Below are positions 11,936 through 24,947 of a DNA stretch of 64,000 nt, piece after piece (position 1 is the first letter of the stretch; the number at the start of each line of letters is the position of its first letter). The translations under genes were made by a program, and so were the position numbers. The notes under the pieces are model-generated. The model saw only the letters and a list, made by a program, of their open reading frames with translations. It made no database searches and was not told where the DNA came from. The stretch is from Veleropilina oligotropha (lineage: Eukaryota), in contig JBEUKZ010000131.1 in assembly GCA_048128005.1 (NCBI GenBank), forward strand, positions 124,001 to 188,000, read 5' to 3'.

Positions 11936-12466
11936 TAATAATATTGAATAAGATGGGTGCATGGCTTGCATGATGATGTCAGACCACATCAACAATTATT
12001 CGGACATTTACCGAGTCGAAAGTTTGTTTGATTCTATGAATTGAAGGTATGTGAGATGATACAATGTTGGTCATGCAATTCTGAGAAGCACTAAACCAGG
12101 CCTTTTGCAATATATTCAAAAATTGCGAGTCCAGCATTAATCATTTACGAAAAATTAAATTTAACTTTTCTATAATTTAATGTATTACTTTTACTGCAAT
12201 CACATTGTCCTTTTCTAGATTATATAAACTTAACTGAACAGCATGCCACAAATATAATTGAGTGTATTCCAATAAATAATGATGTTAAACTAATAATTGA
12301 TTAACATACATGTGTGTTCATGAGTGTGAAAGATTTGATTCTTTAAATTAACACACTAAATCTAATATTTATAACTTTCATGCGAGTCATGAAGTCAGTT
12401 TGTTCGTCTGAAAGTCGGAATGACTGCAAGTCAGCTAAGTCTAATGCAAAACCCTTGTGATTCTAG

Positions 12467-12568
12467 TAAATATGATATAAACGACGAAGGACCCGTTCAG
12501 CAAATCGTTTATGCCTCCGAGACGGAACGAGGCATTCTTAAAATCAAGCCCGCCAAACCTACTGAGAG
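12467..12568 (+). CDS. TTN: Cassette motif exon 2 (KYDINDEGPVQQIVYASETERGILKI)
   Basis: tctag|...AG|gtgtgt; 102 nt, phase 2-2. Confidence 0.85.
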
Positions 12569-13444
12569 GTGTGTTATGGATGACGCATGTGTGTGGTAGA
12601 ACTTAGTATCGTCTTGTGTGATATTGTAGATAGTTCATAACTCATTGTATGTAAATATATATATATATATATATTGTGTTTACAAACTAGCAATTAAAGT
12701 TTGTAAATAAAATATTATGATTGGGTGTTGTAATTATTTTGTGGTTCGTGTTATTTGGTGGTGAAATAAGCATTACGTTTTGATATATTATCATATTAAT
12801 TAATACTTATCAGCTATCGGTGGCAGCTGAAAATTTATGTGTGTATTCCGAAACTTAAACAAAAATAAAGTCTGTTTTGTAGCTAGAGCATATATTTGTA
12901 TCTGCTCAATTATTGCATTATAAGGTGTTGAATCTGATATTGTTATCAGTTCTGCAGAATTTTCAATATCTTGTAGAAATCCCTTGACATGCTAAAATAC
13001 AAAAAAAATCTCGTCATGATATAGCTGCTGCAAAACGTCACTTGATTTTGATGGGTAATTCACTTTAAGGTTGTGTTTGTGATGTCTGCGGTATTTCTGT
13101 TTAATATTTAGCTACATTTTGGTCCGCAATGCTAATATCATGTTCATTGCACAAAGAAGCTAATACCCCATAAATGTTTGTTTTGATAATGGATTTTTTA
13201 TGGATTTTCCCAACCTGTTCTGCAATTACACCTGGCAGGACATCTACCATAACTGTATGGTATTATAAACATACAGTGCAAATATTCAATGTATATATTT
13301 CTAGGACTATCATATTTTGTTGTGTGCTATGTCATCTGAGAGCAGTCAGTGTGCGTGGTCTTCTGGTTGTTGTATGCCATGTTGCATGGATATTTCTTTG
13401 ATGTCGAGTACTTTTGTGCTGTTTGCTTCCTGTTATGTAGAATG

Positions 13445-14200
13445 TATCCTTCACCTTTGTGCATACAGGTGTCCTTCACCTTTGTCCATACATGTTTCCT
13501 TCACCTTTGTCCATGCTTATAACATTTGCCTTTTTGCATACATGTGTCACACCTTCACCTTTATCCAACCGTGCCCGATAGCTCAACTGGTAGAGCGTCG
13601 GGAAAATGATAAGTGGGATGGTAGGATGTGGGTTCAAACCCCCGCTCCAGCGTGGCTATTCAAACGCTTAAAACTAATAGATTGCATATCCCTAATGTAT
13701 GTCGGTCAGATCGGAGTGAGACCAAACCGGGTGTCCCGACTACGATACAGCTGAAAAATTGCTAAAAGTGGTCATAAAACAATGTTACCAATCAATCACC
13801 TTTGTCCATACATGTTTCCTTCACCGATGTCGATGCCTATATGCTTCACTTTTGTCCATACATGTATCTTTCTCCTCTGTCCATACATGTATCCTTCACC
13901 TTTGTCCTTACATGTATCCTTCACCTTTGTCCTTACATGTATCCTTCACCTTTGTCCATATATGTATCCTTCACCTTGTCCATACATGTGTCCTTCACCT
14001 TGTCCATACATGTGTCCTTCACCTTGTCCATGCATGTGTCCTTCACCTTTGTCCATACATGTGTCTTTCACCTTTGTCCATACATGTGTCCTTCACCTTT
14101 GTCCATGCATATATCCTTCACCTGTGTCCATGCATGTATCCTTCACCTTTGTCCATACATGTGTCCTTCACCTTTGTCCATACATGTATCCTTCATCTGT
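13445..14200. repeat. 25-bp minisatellite (cttcacctttgtccatacatgtatc) interrupted by a SINE
   Basis: Direct tandem copies of 24-25 bp. Confidence 0.9.
13570..13797 (+). mobile_element. tRNA-derived SINE (family B)
   Basis: A box TAGCTCAACTGG, B box GGTTCAAACCC, (CAAT)n tail; related copy at 62440. Confidence 0.75.
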
Positions 14201-14301
14201 GTCACCACTAACCTTCGCCTTGTCTTCTTTACCCTGCTGTTATCCTTTGTCACTTGCTTATGTTGCCATGCAATGTTTGTACGTTTATCTCTATGTTGCA
14301 G

Positions 14302-14442
14302 CTTGTCGTCTCCGGACCGGAGCTTCCTCATGCCTCCCTTGCCTGTTTATGTATCCCCTTCCTGTGTAACACCTCCCCATGTGCGTGTCTCACCCTCACC
14401 TGATGTATCCTCGGCCACACGTCCCAGTCGCCGACGATCCAG
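14302..14442 (+). CDS. Putative cassette exon (Ser/Pro-rich)
   Basis: ttgcag|...AG|gttgga; 141 nt, phase 2-2, open frame; weak donor. Confidence 0.45.
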
Positions 14443-14750
14443 GTTGGACATCCTGACACATGTGCATTGAATTCTGTTGCATCTGCTTTATTTGTGGCAG
14501 TTACACAAGAGTCAAGAATCTGTCATTAATCCAAATTAAATAGACAAAAAATACAGTTAAAAGTTAATTAAATTTAACATATGTTACAAAAGAAATGATT
14601 AATTAAAATCTGTATGTATATTTAAGGTTATATATTAATATAAAATGTGAAACTAAAACCATTTCAGAAACAAATGCATGATAAAACAATTTCAATTTGT
14701 CTAAAAGCAAACATATTCTTTAATACAAAATTTTTGTCTTTTGTGACCAG

Positions 14751-16331
14751 ACCGAAAACTAGAACAGATGACGTGATGCTCCCTGCTACTAGCGCTGTTG
14801 CTCCTTTTGAAATCATGAAAGCAGATGACACAAGCTCATATGCAGCCGCTAAAGCACCAGCTACTGAGCCTACAATGCATTCCATAGCACAGCAGCCTCC
14901 ATTCGGTAGTAAAGTGTCCGAGGCACCATGGATACAGCAGAGACAGGAAGAGCCCAGAAGAGCATTGCAGGAACCGACAGAGCAAATGGAAACGGAAGAT
15001 GATTTTGTTACACCGTCCGTTGCCGAAGCCATGAAAATCTTTGAGCAACCAGCCGATGTTATATCGCCTCAGCCATCGCCACAACAGAAGCGTCGTGTGT
15101 ATGACCAGACAGAACCTCCGGTACCAGCCAGTTCACCTCAACCATCTCCGCAGCTCAAGCGTCGCGTGTATGAGCATGCACCAGCCAGTTCACCTCAACC
15201 ATCTCCTCAGCTCAAGCGCCGCGTGTATGACCAGACACAACAACAGGCAACAGCCAGTTCGCTTCAGCCATCGCCACAACTGAAACGACACATGTACGAA
15301 CAGGCAGAACCACAGGTACCAGTCACTCAAGTGGCTACCCCTGGACCTGCAAAGAAGCCGGGTGCACAGCCTGCTACTTTCGCTCCAGTGTCCTTCACTG
15401 TGAAGGTCCCAGAGGCACCATGGGTCCAGGATCAGCAGATAATGCCTGAACAAGACTTCACTCAGCCAATGACATTGAATGAGGACTTTGTGGCACCTCC
15501 ATCGGTTGCTGAGACTAAGAAGATTTTTGATCAACCAGCAACAGTTGATGTTTCACCGAAACCATCACCGCAGATGAAGCGACGCACACTTGATAATATG
15601 GCACCACAAATGCCATTAGATACACATACGACTATGTTCGAGAAAAAGCCTGCTGTGCCAACTTTTGCGCCTGTGTCTTTTGTTGTAAAGGTTCCAGAAA
15701 AACCTTGGTTACCACAGGATGAACATAGAGCACCACAACATGTTTTCGCTGAACCAATGGCGTTAGATGATGACTTGGTGATGCCCCCATCTGTAGCAGA
15801 AACCAAGAGAGTCTTTGATCAAGCACCAGCACCAGAAACTGTTGCACCAAGACCTGCTCAGCTCATCCAGCAGGTGTATGGTGAGGTTGTTCCATCAGTC
15901 CCAGGTGTTCTGCACCCCGCTGCTGCAACCGTTACTGTGCCTGTCAAGAAACTAGCAGCCCAAAGTCGTCCGTTTGCACCTGTCTCGTTCATCGTTAAGA
16001 TACCTGACACTCCTTGGGTGCAGGAGGTTGACCGCAGTCCAGCGTACGAAGATGAACCCGAGCCAATGGCTGAAGAGGATGAGTTCTCAACAGCACCGCC
16101 TGTTTCTGAAACAAAGAAGATGTTTGAACAGACCACACCAGCAAGTGATGCGGTGCATAAGCCTTCTCCAAACCTCAAACGGCGAGTGCAAGAAGGTACC
16201 TTGCCACCTGCAGCACCTTATGATGAGCAACCTCTCGGCTGGATGAAACCTCAAGAAAAGGACACCAAACCAACAACTGTGATGCCTGTTGACAAAAAAC
16301 CCGCAGCGGAAGAGGAGAAGAAAAGCCCAAG
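14751..16331 (+). CDS. TTN: Large Pro/Glu/Gln-rich cassette exon with internal repeats
   Basis: accag|...AG|gttaat; 1581 nt, phase 2-2; four PSVAE[AT]KKxF[ED] motifs. Confidence 0.88.
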
Positions 16332-16623
16332 GTTAATAATTCTATTTTTATAATAATTTTGTTAGATCTGTGGTAATAGTAAACTGTAATTTAAAATCTA
16401 ATGTACAGAATTTGTTGCCAATTTAGGAAATAACTAAGTTTTCTTTGAATCAATTCCAGCAAATTGGGTGAAAATTCCACCTGCATAATATGCGTATCAC
16501 ATGTTCGTATTCCTAGTGAAAGCAAATACATAATATTTCTTTTACTTTGTTTATGCTGTACATAAACATTTTTCCCTGTTATGAAAGCAAGCCATCTGAA
16601 ACTTGCTGTTTTTCACATGGCAG

Positions 16624-16722
16624 TTACGACATTCAAGAAGAAGGACTCGTTCAGCAGATTGGTTACGCGTCGGAAACGCAATTTGGACTCGTAAAGGTTG
16701 CCCTTGGAGACAATGATGAGAG
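16624..16722 (+). CDS. TTN: Cassette motif exon 3 (YDIQEEGLVQQIGYASETQFGLVKV)
   Basis: ggcag|...AG|gtgacg; 99 nt, phase 2-2. Confidence 0.85.
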
Positions 16723-17521
16723 GTGACGCAAGCGTTCTTTTTAGCATCAACTGTGACTGAAATGTTAGGCTGTAGTTGCGCAAGGCATGATAGAAACAAG
16801 CAGTAGATTTTGTAATGTTAGCCTGGTTATGTTACATGTATTCCATTTAACTGAATGAGAGATGGATAGTAGATGATGATGAGGGCAAGTTAATCTGAGT
16901 TTGGTTGAGAAATGTTTAACAGGCAGGTTGTGCTTCAAATACCTACAAATACTTTTAACTACCTTAACTAATGTATATAATACTGTAATGACGCATGGCG
17001 CTGTGTTGCTGTTTTTAAGCATTGCTTATTTTACCAAGTGATGTGCACTTGGCTGAGATTCTGCATGGCACTTACTAGTGTCAGACGCCAGTGAACCTGG
17101 CTGTGTAACAGATGCGATAATTTCCCCTGCATTTCGCAGCTAGCGCGTGAGCATAACAGCAACCCCTGATTATAAGAAGCTACATGTACTGAATGAAATA
17201 ACCATGCTTCTGAAATTATAAATATGATTAAGCTTGAAGACCGGCTTTAATAGTGCTAGAATTTTGCTAATTTAATTATATGTGATTGTTCTATATTATA
17301 GAGGTGTTTCTTCAGGTGTTATTTATTTGTTTTAAACAAATATTTAAAGTTCAATTAAGAGCTTTGTGTCTTTGAACATATCACAAGACAGTTATTGAAT
17401 AAAGTAAGAAATAATTTTATTTTTGAAAAATTTATCAAAATTATTAATTTGCAACACCAGTACATCATAAATACTGCTGATTGCCTGTTGATAATTGGCA
17501 AATATTTTCTTGTGATATCAG

Positions 17522-18565
17522 GCGGCTACACGATTTGTATTCAGCTGACTACATCATACCGCCTGAGCAGCCAACTCCTGGCTTTCAAAGAGCACCGAAG
17601 CAGATTACAGAAGAGAACTTTGTGTCCCCACCATCTGTGTTTGCTGCAATGAAAATATTTGAAGAAACTACCAGTCGATCCCCATCAGTTTCTCCAAAAA
17701 TGAAGCGCCGTCCCGCACCTAAACCAACCAGGATGTCGTTCGAGGAGATTGAGTTTCCGGAGACACTTCCAATCTATTCGTCACATGCGACAGCGCAGCA
17801 GGATTCTGAATTTAACTTCTATTGGCAAAAAGAAGCCGAAACCAGACCACAAGTATCGGCAACAGCGTCTATAAAGACTGAACCTAAAACAACCGTTGAT
17901 TTTGCATCTGCAACTTTGAAGCATGGCCAACTCACATATCCAGATTATGCAACGGCTTCCCTTAAGCGAAAACAACCAGATGTGGTGGATTTCAAAACTG
18001 ATTATGTAAAATCAGAACCAAAGCCTGCTTCTTATGCAACTCAAACAGTGCAGTACGAAGCGGCGATTCCTCAACCATTCGAAGACCTTGATCCCAACTT
18101 TGTGTCACCACCATCAATTGCAGAAGCAATAAAGATGTTCGAATCTCCAACTGTGACGCCAAAGGTCAAGAGGCGAGCACCTCTCCACACCATTACGCCG
18201 GAACAACCACTGGAACCTGAAAGGCCCAGTTGGATGGTGTCTCCTTTGACATCAGCAGTTTATGTCATACCTGACCGGTTGGCGGAGCCAGAATATAATG
18301 TCAGTGTTGGGGCAACCATACGGAAACCTGATGAAGATACGTCTTTCATGTCTGATGCCAAGCGATTCTTTGAGCAGCCGTCCGACCTTCGATCTCCGTC
18401 CGTGTCTCCTGTCCTCAAGCGCAGATATAAACCAGCACCTCAGGACGAGGACATTGATTTTCCGGAAACTATTCCATTGTACAGGACTCCTGTCGGAAAG
18501 CCTGCTCCAGAGTTCCTTGATGAGGAGATACCGACCAAGGACGCAACCACTCTTCCGAGCCCAAG
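17522..18565 (+). CDS. TTN: Pro-rich cassette exon
   Basis: atcag|...AG|gtgctt; 1044 nt, phase 2-2. Confidence 0.85.
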
Positions 18566-18945
18566 GTGCTTATAATCATTTGATAAATTATTTCTAAGTT
18601 CAAATAATGCCAAGCACAAGTTGTTGCTTAACTTTTAATTCTAAAACATCTTTTCAAATTTGATGGTAATTGCTTTACTATTTAGAAGAAAAATTTGGGA
18701 AATTTTGATTTTGATAATGATATTCACGTTCTGGATGTTTTTCATTTTGAGTACAATAATTGTAGTTCATAATGGTTGAAAATACATACAGCAATATTTG
18801 TGGAGATAGTGACTGCAGGCTTTTCATGGTTAAAACGTAACATTCTTGTAAGTGACCAAGAAATGCAGAGTGTTATTCAATATATACATTTAATTTATCG
18901 GAAGAAATAAATACAGAGTCCTATAGAGTAATTTCTTCTGTTCAG

Positions 18946-19041
18946 CTATGAGATTCAAGAAGAAGGATTTGTTCAGCAGATTGGCTACGCATCTGAAACC
19001 GCATACGGTCTGGTCACTGTACGACCAGAGCAGGATGAGAG
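18946..19041 (+). CDS. TTN: Cassette motif exon 4 (YEIQEEGFVQQIGYASETAYGLVTV)
   Basis: ttcag|...AG|gtgaat; 96 nt, phase 2-2. Confidence 0.85.
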
Positions 19042-19350
19042 GTGAATACGCAGAGTGTTGTTATGGAAATGTATTGACACTGATAGGACATTATTTACTA
19101 CATTTTTTTGATGAACAAAATTGTACAAAAATTAAGAATTATAAGTTACATTTATAGTATATTTCTAGAGATGGTTATGGAATTTTTCAGTTTACATTTT
19201 TTATTTTATAATGAATCTTAGATATAGATCTATGGCGATTGTATATATATATTTATTTGAATTCTCTAATAACCACATTTCTATAATGCTGACTGCATCT
19301 GACACAATCTTTAAAAAAACTTTTAAGATATTATAATTCCGTATTTATAG

Positions 19351-19779
19351 TCCTGTGCAAGATAGTGTGAGTTTCCATTCCCGTGCTAATGCATCTGCTT
19401 CCTTGCCCCCCTGTAGGCGCCCAGTGTCCCCGGTCGCAGCAGGCGCTCTGATCACGCTGGATCGCCCAGTGTCACCAGCAGCGGAGCTACCGGTGCAGGA
19501 CGTCCAAGCAGACTTTGTCCTGCCTTCAGTTTCTGAAGCAAAGAAAAAGTTTGAGCAGCAACCTTCTGTGCCTTCACCGAAGTTCTCTCCACAAGTTGTG
19601 CCCTGTTTGCCCAAACCGACTGTGCCCGTCAAAGCGCCAACAAGCCCACAAGTAGCACGCCGTGTGCCCAAACAACCTGTACCCGTCGAAACGCCAACAA
19701 CTGAGGCTATCTACCCACAGCCGTCTGCCACTGCACAGCTGCCCAAGAGGCCCCAGACAGATCAGCAACTCGACGTCAG
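19351..19779 (+). CDS. TTN: Pro-rich cassette exon (copy 1)
   Basis: tatag|...AG|gtgcat; 429 nt, phase 2-2. Confidence 0.82.
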
Positions 19780-20175
19780 GTGCATATTCTCAAGAATTTT
19801 GCTTTTCATACAAAGTGTGGCATAGAAAATTGAAATTAAAAACATAAATTAATTCTTTTATTCTAAAAGTTAACTTTTAATTCTAAAACATATTTTCAAA
19901 TTTTATGGTAATAACTTTACTATTTAGAAGAAATATTTGGGAAATTTTGATATTCACGTTCTGGGTGTTTTTCATTTTGAGTACAATAATTGTAGTTCAT
20001 AATGGTTGAAAATATATACAGCAATATTTGTGGAGATGGTGACTACAGGCTTTTCATGGTTTAAACGTAACATTCTTGTAAGTGATCAATAAATGCACAG
20101 TGTTATTCAATATATACATTTAATTTATCGGAAGAAATAAATACAGAGTCCTATAGAGTAATTTCTTCTGTTCAG

Positions 20176-20271
20176 CTATGAGATTCAAGAAGAAGGATTT
20201 GTTCAGCAGATTGGCTACGCATCTGAAACCGCATACGGTCTGGTCACTGTACGACCAGAGCAGGATGAGAG
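20176..20271 (+). CDS. TTN: Cassette motif exon 5 (identical to motif exon 4)
   Basis: Duplicate of 18946-19041. Confidence 0.82.
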
Positions 20272-20580
20272 GTGAATACGCAGAGTGTTGTTATGGAAAT
20301 GTATTGACACTGATAGGACATTATTTACTACATTTTTTTGATGAACAAAATTGTACAAAAATTAAGAATTATAAGTTACATTTATAGTATATTTCTAGAG
20401 ATGGTTATGGAATTTTTCAGTTTACATTTTTTATTTTATAATGAATCTTAGATATAGATCTATGGCGATTGTATATATATATTTATTTGAATTCTCTAAT
20501 AACCACATTTCTATAATGCTGACTGAATCTGACACAATCTTTAAAAACACTTTTAAGATATTATAATTCCGTATTTATAG

Positions 20581-21003
20581 TCCTGTGCAAGATAGTGTGA
20601 GTTTCCATTCCCGTGCTAATGCATCTGCTTCCTTGCCCCCCTGTAGGCGCCCAGTGTCCCCGGTCGCAGCAGGCGCTCTGATCATGCTGGATCGCCCAGT
20701 GTCACCAGCAGCGGAGCAACCGGCGCAGGACGTCCAAGCAGACTTTGTCCTGCCTTCAGTTTCTGAAGCAAAGAAAAAGTTTGAGCAGCAACCATCTGTG
20801 CCTTCACCGAAGTTCTCTTCACAAGTTGCGTCCCATGTGCCCAAACCGACTGTGCCCGGCAAAGCGCCAACAAGCCCACAAGTAGCGCGCCGTGTGCCCA
20901 AACAAGCTGTACCCGTCGAAACGCCTGAGGCTATCTACCCACAGCCGTCTGCCACTGCACAGCTGCCCAAGAGGCCCCAGACAGATCAGCAACTCGACGT
21001 CAG
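20581..21003 (+). CDS. TTN: Pro-rich cassette exon (copy 2)
   Basis: 423 nt, phase 2-2; 6-nt in-frame deletion relative to copy 1. Confidence 0.82.
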
Positions 21004-21259
21004 GTGCATATTCTCACGAATTTTGCTTTTCATACAAAGTGTGGCATAGAAAATTGAAATTAAAAAAATAAAATTCTTTTATTCTATTTTATTCTTATAT
21101 TTCAAAAAGTAATTTCACAGAGAAGACTATTTCGATGATTCCAAATATATATGATCTCTATCAAAAGAAAACATAAAAACGTATTTATGACACAGTCATT
21201 TCATGCAAATGAATAAACATCAGCCTGTATAATGAGGACCTTATTTTCTCCCATGACAG

Positions 21260-21358
21260 TTACGATATCTGTGACGAGGGCCCTGTTCAGCAGATCAGTT
21301 ACGCTTCCGAGACAGAGTTCGGTATGGTCACCTTGAGGCCTGATCAACCTGAAGAAAG
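21260..21358 (+). CDS. TTN: Cassette motif exon 6 (YDICDEGPVQQISYASETEFGMVTL)
   Basis: gacag|...AG|gtgatt; 99 nt, phase 2-2. Confidence 0.85.
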
Positions 21359-21784
21359 GTGATTGTGATCAATTCCCATTATCAAGATCTTTTTGGGATA
21401 AATTTGCTTAATTTGAATTTAATTATAGAACTTTTTGTTTTGATACATTCACTTAAATTTAATGTACTAACGAATAAATATATCACTAAGTAGTAATGCT
21501 AAGAAATTAAATATAGAAGCACAAATAACTGTTTCTTCAAATCAATTCATTTCTTAACAGTTCACCAAGTGTATCATTTTGTCCCTCAATTGTCCTGTCA
21601 ACATCCTACTGTATTTCTGTCCTGTGCCCCTGTGGAGTCAATGTTTGTAATTCCAACTTGACCCCAACATTGGATTTAATCTGGTGTTGTTCTTTGTGTG
21701 TTGTGATTACGTGCATGAGTAGAGGCTTGTTTTCACTCTTTGGACAGACTGACCATATCAATATCTTACTATCCTTTCTGTCAG

Positions 21785-22063
21785 ACCTGTTGCTCAAGGT
21801 CAACTAATGGATGTCACCTGGATGGGACAAATTCCGCAAACACCGGGTACTGCACCTGAAGATATGGAAGCCACCATCACCATACCATCTGTGGCAGAAG
21901 CTAAGAAACTGTTTCAACCCAAACAGCCGCTAACACCTGCTTCACCCAAGCTAAGAGAGCGCAAGCCGGTTGCACCAGCGCCGGTCCCCGAAGAAACAAC
22001 AGCTCTGTTTAAACCACCCTCACAGCCATTTACCAAGGAAGTTCCCATGAAACAAGACATAAG
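21785..22063 (+). CDS. TTN: Pro-rich cassette exon
   Basis: gtcag|...AG|gttcat; 279 nt, phase 2-2; IPSVAEAKKLFQ. Confidence 0.8.
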
Positions 22064-22382
22064 GTTCATGTCTTTTCTTATCATTTTCCTGAGCTTAATG
22101 TATCAAAACATAAAATTATTTTTTGTAAGCATTATCAGTGAAAGGTTCAATTATCTTCAAATATTATTTAAATAAATTAAATCCATCAATATTTAGTGTA
22201 ATTTCTTGTTTTTGAGTTAAGGATTTTTATGGTTGATTTCAGTTTGACAACTATAATTGCTTTTTCATATACTCCTTGTGCTACAGTATATTATGATATC
22301 CGAATGTTTGCTTGTTCTGTGGAATTATGTGTCCCTTCAACAAGTGCTTCCTTTTGTAATCATTGTTGTCTCCGTGCATCAG

Positions 22383-22472
22383 ATATGATATCCAAGATGA
22401 GGGCCCAGTGCAGCAGATCACCTACGCGTCCGAAAACGCATTTGGAATGGTCAAGCTGCGGCAAGTTGACAG
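22383..22472 (+). CDS. TTN: Cassette motif exon 7 (YDIQDEGPVQQITYASENAFGMVKL)
   Basis: atcag|...AG|gtgatt; 90 nt, phase 2-2. Confidence 0.85.
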
Positions 22473-22760
22473 GTGATTATTGAACAATGTGTATCGAATA
22501 TAAGATCTGTCAGTTATAACACCATAATGTATTGAAGCATTTCAACCAAATTGTTTATACAAAGCTTAGATTTCTATGCCTTTGTATATATATATAATGG
22601 TAACTATGTTTCGTAGCTCATTATGTATACAGTACCATACAAGTAAACTAATTCATGTATATTGATTAATAAAAAATGTAAATTATTTCTGTTTATAAGT
22701 GCAATATTTATGTTGTTATCTCTGATTCATCATCACTGATGTTGATGCGTTTTCTTCTAG

Positions 22761-22808
22761 AAGCTCTCTCCTCTCCAGCCATCTGGATGCAACTCTTCAA
22801 CTTGACAG
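22761..22808 (+). CDS. Putative 48-nt micro-exon (SSLLSSHLDATLQLD)
   Basis: ttttcttctag|...AG|gtgctc; phase 2-2, open. Confidence 0.4.
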
Positions 22809-23747
22809 GTGCTCTCTTTCAATCTGTTTGGCTAAAATCCTGCCTGAGAATTTCAGTTTCTTTTTGCATTATGTAAATATATATGCATTTTGTATATCAA
22901 CATGATTATTACTACCCTGCTTTATAACTTGTTTGATTTTTGTTTCTTTGATTTTTGTTTTAAGTTTACCCAAAATGAACCGGTTTCATTAGAAAATGTG
23001 TGTTCTTGATGTTTTATTTGTAATGATTGTAACCATACCAACCTGCGTGTGCATGACTCAATAAACATGATCAGAAAAGATAACGCATGGTGTGTTGTTC
23101 TTTTTTATTTGTATTATAAAGACCCATATTTTAAATAAGAGTGATTTATTTCTGGAAGGGCATGATATGTAATCATATATTAGCTCCTAGTGGAATCTAG
23201 CAAGCGACTGTGATGCGAATGCAATGCATCAATCGCCACCTAATGTGTCGTATACTAATGTTAACTGTTGTATTTTATTGCAGGTATTAAACTGATTTCA
23301 TTGTAAAATATTTTCATTTCAGCTCAAATTTAAATAACTACAATATTGGGTGATTTATTATGCAGCGTTTCGTTTATTATGGATGTAAATATTACTACTC
23401 CTGGCATATATTTGTTGAATATTAATTATTTACATGTAACTGATATAACAATTTATTATTGCATAAGTTCACTTGTAACTATCCACATGCAACATAAGAC
23501 TCTTCCGATGTGGAAGGTTAGCCTATCATTGTCATTAATAAAGTTAGCATGGCTTGGCTCTGTGATATGAACATTTGACAGTTGTTTGTAACTGGTTTCA
23601 TTTGTCGAGACGTGTGCTTAATATCAATATTAACTTTTTAAAGTACTTGATTTGCAAAATTTAACCTTTATTTAAATCAAGATTTCTTGTCCATGTTATA
23701 GATCCATTATTGCAGTAGTTTTCATGTGACCGCCTCTTGAATTCCAG

Positions 23748-23918
23748 CCTAGACGCACCGGTCGTGCCACCACCGACGGCACCCAAACCCCAGAAGGCAG
23801 CCCCTGTGGCGGCCCCTCCTGCTCCCAAACCGATCACACCAAAAATATCCACGGATGTTTTTGTTCCCATGAAATTTGAACCAGAGAAGAAGCTACCATC
23901 AGAAATGGCTCCTGAGAG
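23748..23918 (+). CDS. TTN: Pro/Lys/Ala-rich cassette exon
   Basis: tccag|...AG|gtgtgt; 171 nt, phase 2-2. Confidence 0.8.
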
Positions 23919-24947
23919 GTGTGTGACTCGTAGTGCTTTAGCCTACGTTTGGTCGTAGTTGGTGGTAGAAATAAATTAATGCTTAAAATCGGCACTTGCG
24001 TCTTTATGAGTTAGTTAGACATTCGGGCACTTTCTAACATATTAATCTGACAGCACTTAATTATTATTTTATTTATAGCAGGTTATCAGAACCTATGAAG
24101 TTGGTTGCATTTAAGCTATTTTACGTAATATGGTACATGTACGTACTACTTATGTCCAAAATTTATATTCAATGATCCCTTATCGAAACAATTTTTGGCC
24201 AGCCCTTTCTTCCTAGCATGGAAATACATGGTTAATAGATAATGTTTCAATTTACTTCAAGTAAAATTTATACGTATGTTTGCATGATTCTGTGCCTTAG
24301 AAGTTGGTCATACCATTGTTGTCATGTTTCTTCTGTCATAAACATTTTTAAACCATTCAATTTGTTTATCCCTTTAGAAATGACATAAAAAGCTAATCAT
24401 GAGTCATCCGGTTTGTGAGCACAACGATTATTATTTTTCATGGTCATTATTTCGATGCATTCAATTGAAAGGTCACCGAGTCTGATTTAATTTAGGGTGC
24501 ATCACAATCAAATTAAAGTTACTGTTTTGAAATGACTACAATTTGTTTCCATGTTGTCCCCCACCACAGTTCATATAGTCATTTGTGTTTAATAATCTAA
24601 CATGGATTGGCTTACCATTACTGTGCATGCTACTGCTAATACTATTAATTTAAATAACTTACAAGCACTATATATCTCACTAAATTAATGACCAATACTA
24701 ACAAATTATTAATTTTCCTTTCAAATTTTTTTCAGTAATATATTTTAAGTTGAATTATTTTCAGTTCCTGTAATCATGTAATATAATATTTGTCATTAAT
24801 TCAGCCCAGACGGTGGAATTTTGCATGCATTGTGGTATAGCCTTTATATGCCAATGTACTCCAATTATAGTTACAGCAGAATTCGTTCTGCCAGATCTGA
24901 CCAAGATTTACGGGTGCATATTAACAAGAGAGACAACTTTGTTTCAG

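Larger units (their letters stand above)
18628..21085. repeat. Recent tandem duplication of a ~1.23-kb unit carrying two exons
   Basis: 18628-19868 and 19869-21085 are near identical; the motif exons are offset by exactly 1230 bp. Confidence 0.95.

Noticed and set aside
13570..13655. tRNA gene
   Set aside because: A and B boxes are present, but there is no convincing anticodon arm, and a SINE body and (CAAT)n tail follow.
13317..14369. Cys/His/Pro-rich ORFs in three frames
   Set aside because: Translations of the 25-bp minisatellite and SINE.
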